A DNA stretch of 64,000 bases, taken from assembly GCA_965242925.1 (NCBI GenBank), contig CBDEUM010000013.1:128001-192000 (forward strand), given 5' to 3'. The number at the start of each line of letters is the position of its first letter. The stretch's first letter is position 1. This document shows, in pieces, positions 61,680 to 64,000 of this stretch. A program made the translations under genes and the position numbers. This DNA is from Roseibacillus sp. (GTDB taxonomy: Bacteria; Verrucomicrobiota; Verrucomicrobiia; Verrucomicrobiales; Akkermansiaceae). The notes below the pieces were generated by a model. The model had not been told where the DNA came from. It worked only from the letters and a program-made list of their open reading frames with translations, and did no database searches.

Positions 61680-63005
61680 CTAGGAAAAGATGCTCTTTAT
61701 GGGATTCCCGATGTCCTTCTCGGCACCAGCCATGCGGAAGGGCCGCCCACTTGGAGAATGAAGGATTTTCTGGGAATCGACACCCAGGGCGTAGCCGATA
61801 GTGGCATTGAAGTCCTGCACGCTGACACCGTCCGTGTCGGGACGGCGGGCTTCGCGGTCTGACTTGCCATAGGTAGTGCCCCCCTTGATCCCGGCACCGG
61901 CCATGACCGTCGAGAAACAGGCCGGGTGGTGGTCACGCCCGTTGTCGTGCTCGGTCACGATGTTCGGAGTCCTCCCGAATTCGGTTCCGATCACCACCAG
62001 GGTGGTTTCAAGGAGGCCCTTCGCTTCCAGATCCTGCACCAGGGTGGAGAAGCCCTTGTCGAGCACGGCGGCCCGGGCTTCCACCGAGGTAAAATTGTCA
62101 TAGTGGGTGTCCCAGCCACCGAGACCGACCTCCACGAAGCGCACTCCCACTTCCACCAGACGGCGCGCAAGAAGGCAGCCCTGACCAAAGCTGTCTTTGC
62201 CATACTTGGAGCGGGTCGAACTGGGCTCCAGCTTGATGTCAAAGGCCTTGAGGTCTTCGCTCTTCATGAGGTTAACCGCCTCGTCGTAGAGGCTGTCGTA
62301 GGACTTCACGTCCTGGGACTTGTAGGTCTCATGAAACTTTTTGTTGAGCACGTCCGCAATGGCAAGCCGCTTGGTAAAGTTCTGCTCGCTCACCGAATTG
62401 GGGCGCTTGGAATCCTTGAGGCCTTCGTCGGGACGCCCCAGGGGCACACCCTGGTAGTCGGCCCCGAAAAATCCCGCGGAGGCGTTCTTGGGATTGGTGC
62501 CCACCGTTACAAACCCGGGCAGGGTGGTATTCTTGCGCCCCTTGTGACGAACAACCCACGATCCGATGGCGGGGTGGACGATGGTCCCCCGCGGCGAGTA
62601 GCTCCGGTGCAGGAGATACTGTCCCTGCTCGTGAGCACCCTGGCGAGAGCTCATGGAGCGAATAACACAGGCGCGATCCGCCAGCTTGGCGAATTCGGGA
62701 AGATATTGGGAGACCTCGTAGTCGCCACTGGTCGGGATTGCTTCCACCGGCCCCTGGACCTCGTCGTTCTTCGGCTTGGGGTCAAAGGTATCAAGGTGGC
62801 TCATACCGCCCTGCATGTTAAGGAAGATGACATGCTCGGCGAGCTGGCTCGGCCCCGTGGACTTCCTGGTGGCCCCGATCGCGCCGGTGGCAAGAGAGCC
62901 CCCCAGCATGGGTGCGACCGTCACACCGAGGTAGGCGCGCGCCGCGTTCACCATGATCTGACGCCGGGTCAGTTCATCCTGCCTGTTAAACTTGTGGTTG
63001 TTCAT
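61680..63005 (-). CDS. DUF1501 domain protein (Tat-exported)
   Basis: TRRQIM twin-arginine; GGMSHLDTFDPKP, FGQGCLLARRLVEVGVRFVEV, GWDTH, EFGRTP, GRDHH. Confidence 0.9.
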   Translation of the reverse strand: MNNHKFNRQDELTRRQIMVNAARAYLGVTVAPMLGGSLATGAIGATRKSTGPSQLAEHVIFLNMQGGMSHLDTFDPKPKNDEVQGPVEAIPTSGDYEVSQYLPEFAKLADRACVIRSMSSRQGAHEQGQYLLHRSYSPRGTIVHPAIGSWVVRHKGRKNTTLPGFVTVGTNPKNASAGFFGADYQGVPLGRPDEGLKDSKRPNSVSEQNFTKRLAIADVLNKKFHETYKSQDVKSYDSLYDEAVNLMKSEDLKAFDIKLEPSSTRSKYGKDSFGQGCLLARRLVEVGVRFVEVGLGGWDTHYDNFTSVEARAAVLDKGFSTLVQDLEAKGLLETTLVVIGTEFGRTPNIVTEHDNGRDHHPACFSTVMAGAGIKGGTTYGKSDREARRPDTDGVSVQDFNATIGYALGVDSQKILHSPSGRPFRMAGAEKDIGNPIKSIFS

Positions 63006-63028
63006 TTGAAGTAGCGATGGGTATGGAG

Positions 63029-64000
63029 TTACTGGACAAAGATGAATTCGTGGGTGGCGATCAGGGCCGAAGTGAGATTCTCGAAGCTCTCCTGGCTGCC
63101 GTCGATCACGTCGCGCATGAGGAGGGCCATTTCTTCGGGGGTGGGAGAACGGCTCAGGATGGAGTAGTAGAGGAAGCGGACCTTGTCACGATTGGAGCTC
63201 CCGGCCTCCAGAGCCTTGTAAGCCGCCGAACTGCGGTTGCTGACCACCATCTTCTCGACGTAGCCGTTCATGATGGAGAGGACCTGGGCCATGTTGGGCT
63301 CCCGGGTGGCGGAATCAATGAGATCGCGGTCCGAGGATCCGAACATGCGCAGGAGGTGCCCGTTGGGAGCTGGCGCGGACAGTTCGGAAGCACGGGCCAT
63401 TCCGCTGGCGGCACCCGGGCGCCCGGCTCGCTGCATCGACATCATGGCCTCCTTGCTGGCTCCGGAGTTGCCCGCCTTGATGTCGGAGAGCAACTGCATG
63501 GCAAAGGACTTGTATTCGCCGGGCTTCTGGATGGCGAGAAGCTCCTCGCTAAGCTGCGACATCGTTTTCTTACCCACCAGCACGGGTTTGCCGCGGTAGT
63601 AGATTGTATCGCTGAAGCGCCTCTTGGGAAGGTTGTCCGGATTGCCCGCGGTGAGGGTGACGAGGGAATCCCAGACCTGCTCTGCACTCATACGCTCTAT
63701 CTGACGTCCGTTGAAGGCTTGCGGCATACCAGCCTCGAAAGCCTCCGGGTTGGCCACGAACTGAAAGTTCCGGGTAAGCAGGAGGACGTGCTGGAAGGCC
63801 CGCAGGTCAAACTTGAGATCCTCACGCATGAGAGTCATGAGGTAGTCCATGAGCTCGGGCGTGATGGTCTTATCAGCCTTGATGTGCTCATCCACCGGCT
63901 CATAGATCCCCTTGCCCATGATGCGCTTCCACATCCGGTTCACAATGATGGAGGTGAAATTGTCATTGGCGGTGACCACCCACTTGGCGAAGTCCTCCCG
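63029..64000 (-). CDS. DUF1549/DUF1553 (PSD1/PSCyt) domain protein, 5' end outside the window
   Basis: FAKW, VNRMWKRIMGKG, ERMSAEQVWDS, LRMFG, LSRSPT, EFIF. Confidence 0.85.
   Translation of the reverse strand, partial: REDFAKWVVTANDNFTSIIVNRMWKRIMGKGIYEPVDEHIKADKTITPELMDYLMTLMREDLKFDLRAFQHVLLLTRNFQFVANPEAFEAGMPQAFNGRQIERMSAEQVWDSLVTLTAGNPDNLPKRRFSDTIYYRGKPVLVGKKTMSQLSEELLAIQKPGEYKSFAMQLLSDIKAGNSGASKEAMMSMQRAGRPGAASGMARASELSAPAPNGHLLRMFGSSDRDLIDSATREPNMAQVLSIMNGYVEKMVVSNRSSAAYKALEAGSSNRDKVRFLYYSILSRSPTPEEMALLMRDVIDGSQESFENLTSALIATHEFIFVQ

Noticed and set aside
1..64000. Genome-wide UGA reassignment to Trp or Gly
   Set aside because: Many genes end at TGA at their expected C-termini (e.g. 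arsJ, deoC, the permeases), and TGG is used for Trp.

Overview
GC-rich bacterial chromosome segment, most likely Verrucomicrobiota/PVC. This is an inference from the PEP-CTERM proteins, the DUF1501 + DUF1549/1553 pair, the MoxR-DUF58-vWA cluster and the multiple FG-GAP/ASPIC-UnbV lipoproteins. Left to right: (1) 1.4-20.5 kb, a cell-surface locus with three FG-GAP/ASPIC-UnbV (CRTAC1-like) lipoproteins, two PEP-CTERM proteins and a large Ca-binding adhesin, interrupted by an arsR-gapdh-arsJ arsenate cassette; (2) 20.8-36.6 kb, a metal-efflux island (MacAB-TolC-like ABC operon with a DUF318 permease, then czcCBA-like RND), each operon headed by a Cys/His-rich small ORF; (3) 38-44 kb, 4-hydroxyproline catabolism; (4) 45-57.5 kb, MoxR/DUF58/vWA/prenyltransferase-repeat cluster; (5) deoC with two aldehyde dehydrogenase genes, a candidate structured ncRNA, and DUF1501/DUF1553 genes. 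Top finding: two divergent FG-GAP/ASPIC paralogues are each split by an in-frame UGA at the same homologous position (D-x-UGA-S-x-x-W). Each UGA is followed by a GGCAGGU-containing hairpin resembling a bacterial SECIS, which suggests an unrecognised family of exported selenoproteins. Five indel frameshifts in four other genes suggest sequencing or assembly errors. Family assignments come from motif recognition only; no database searches were run.
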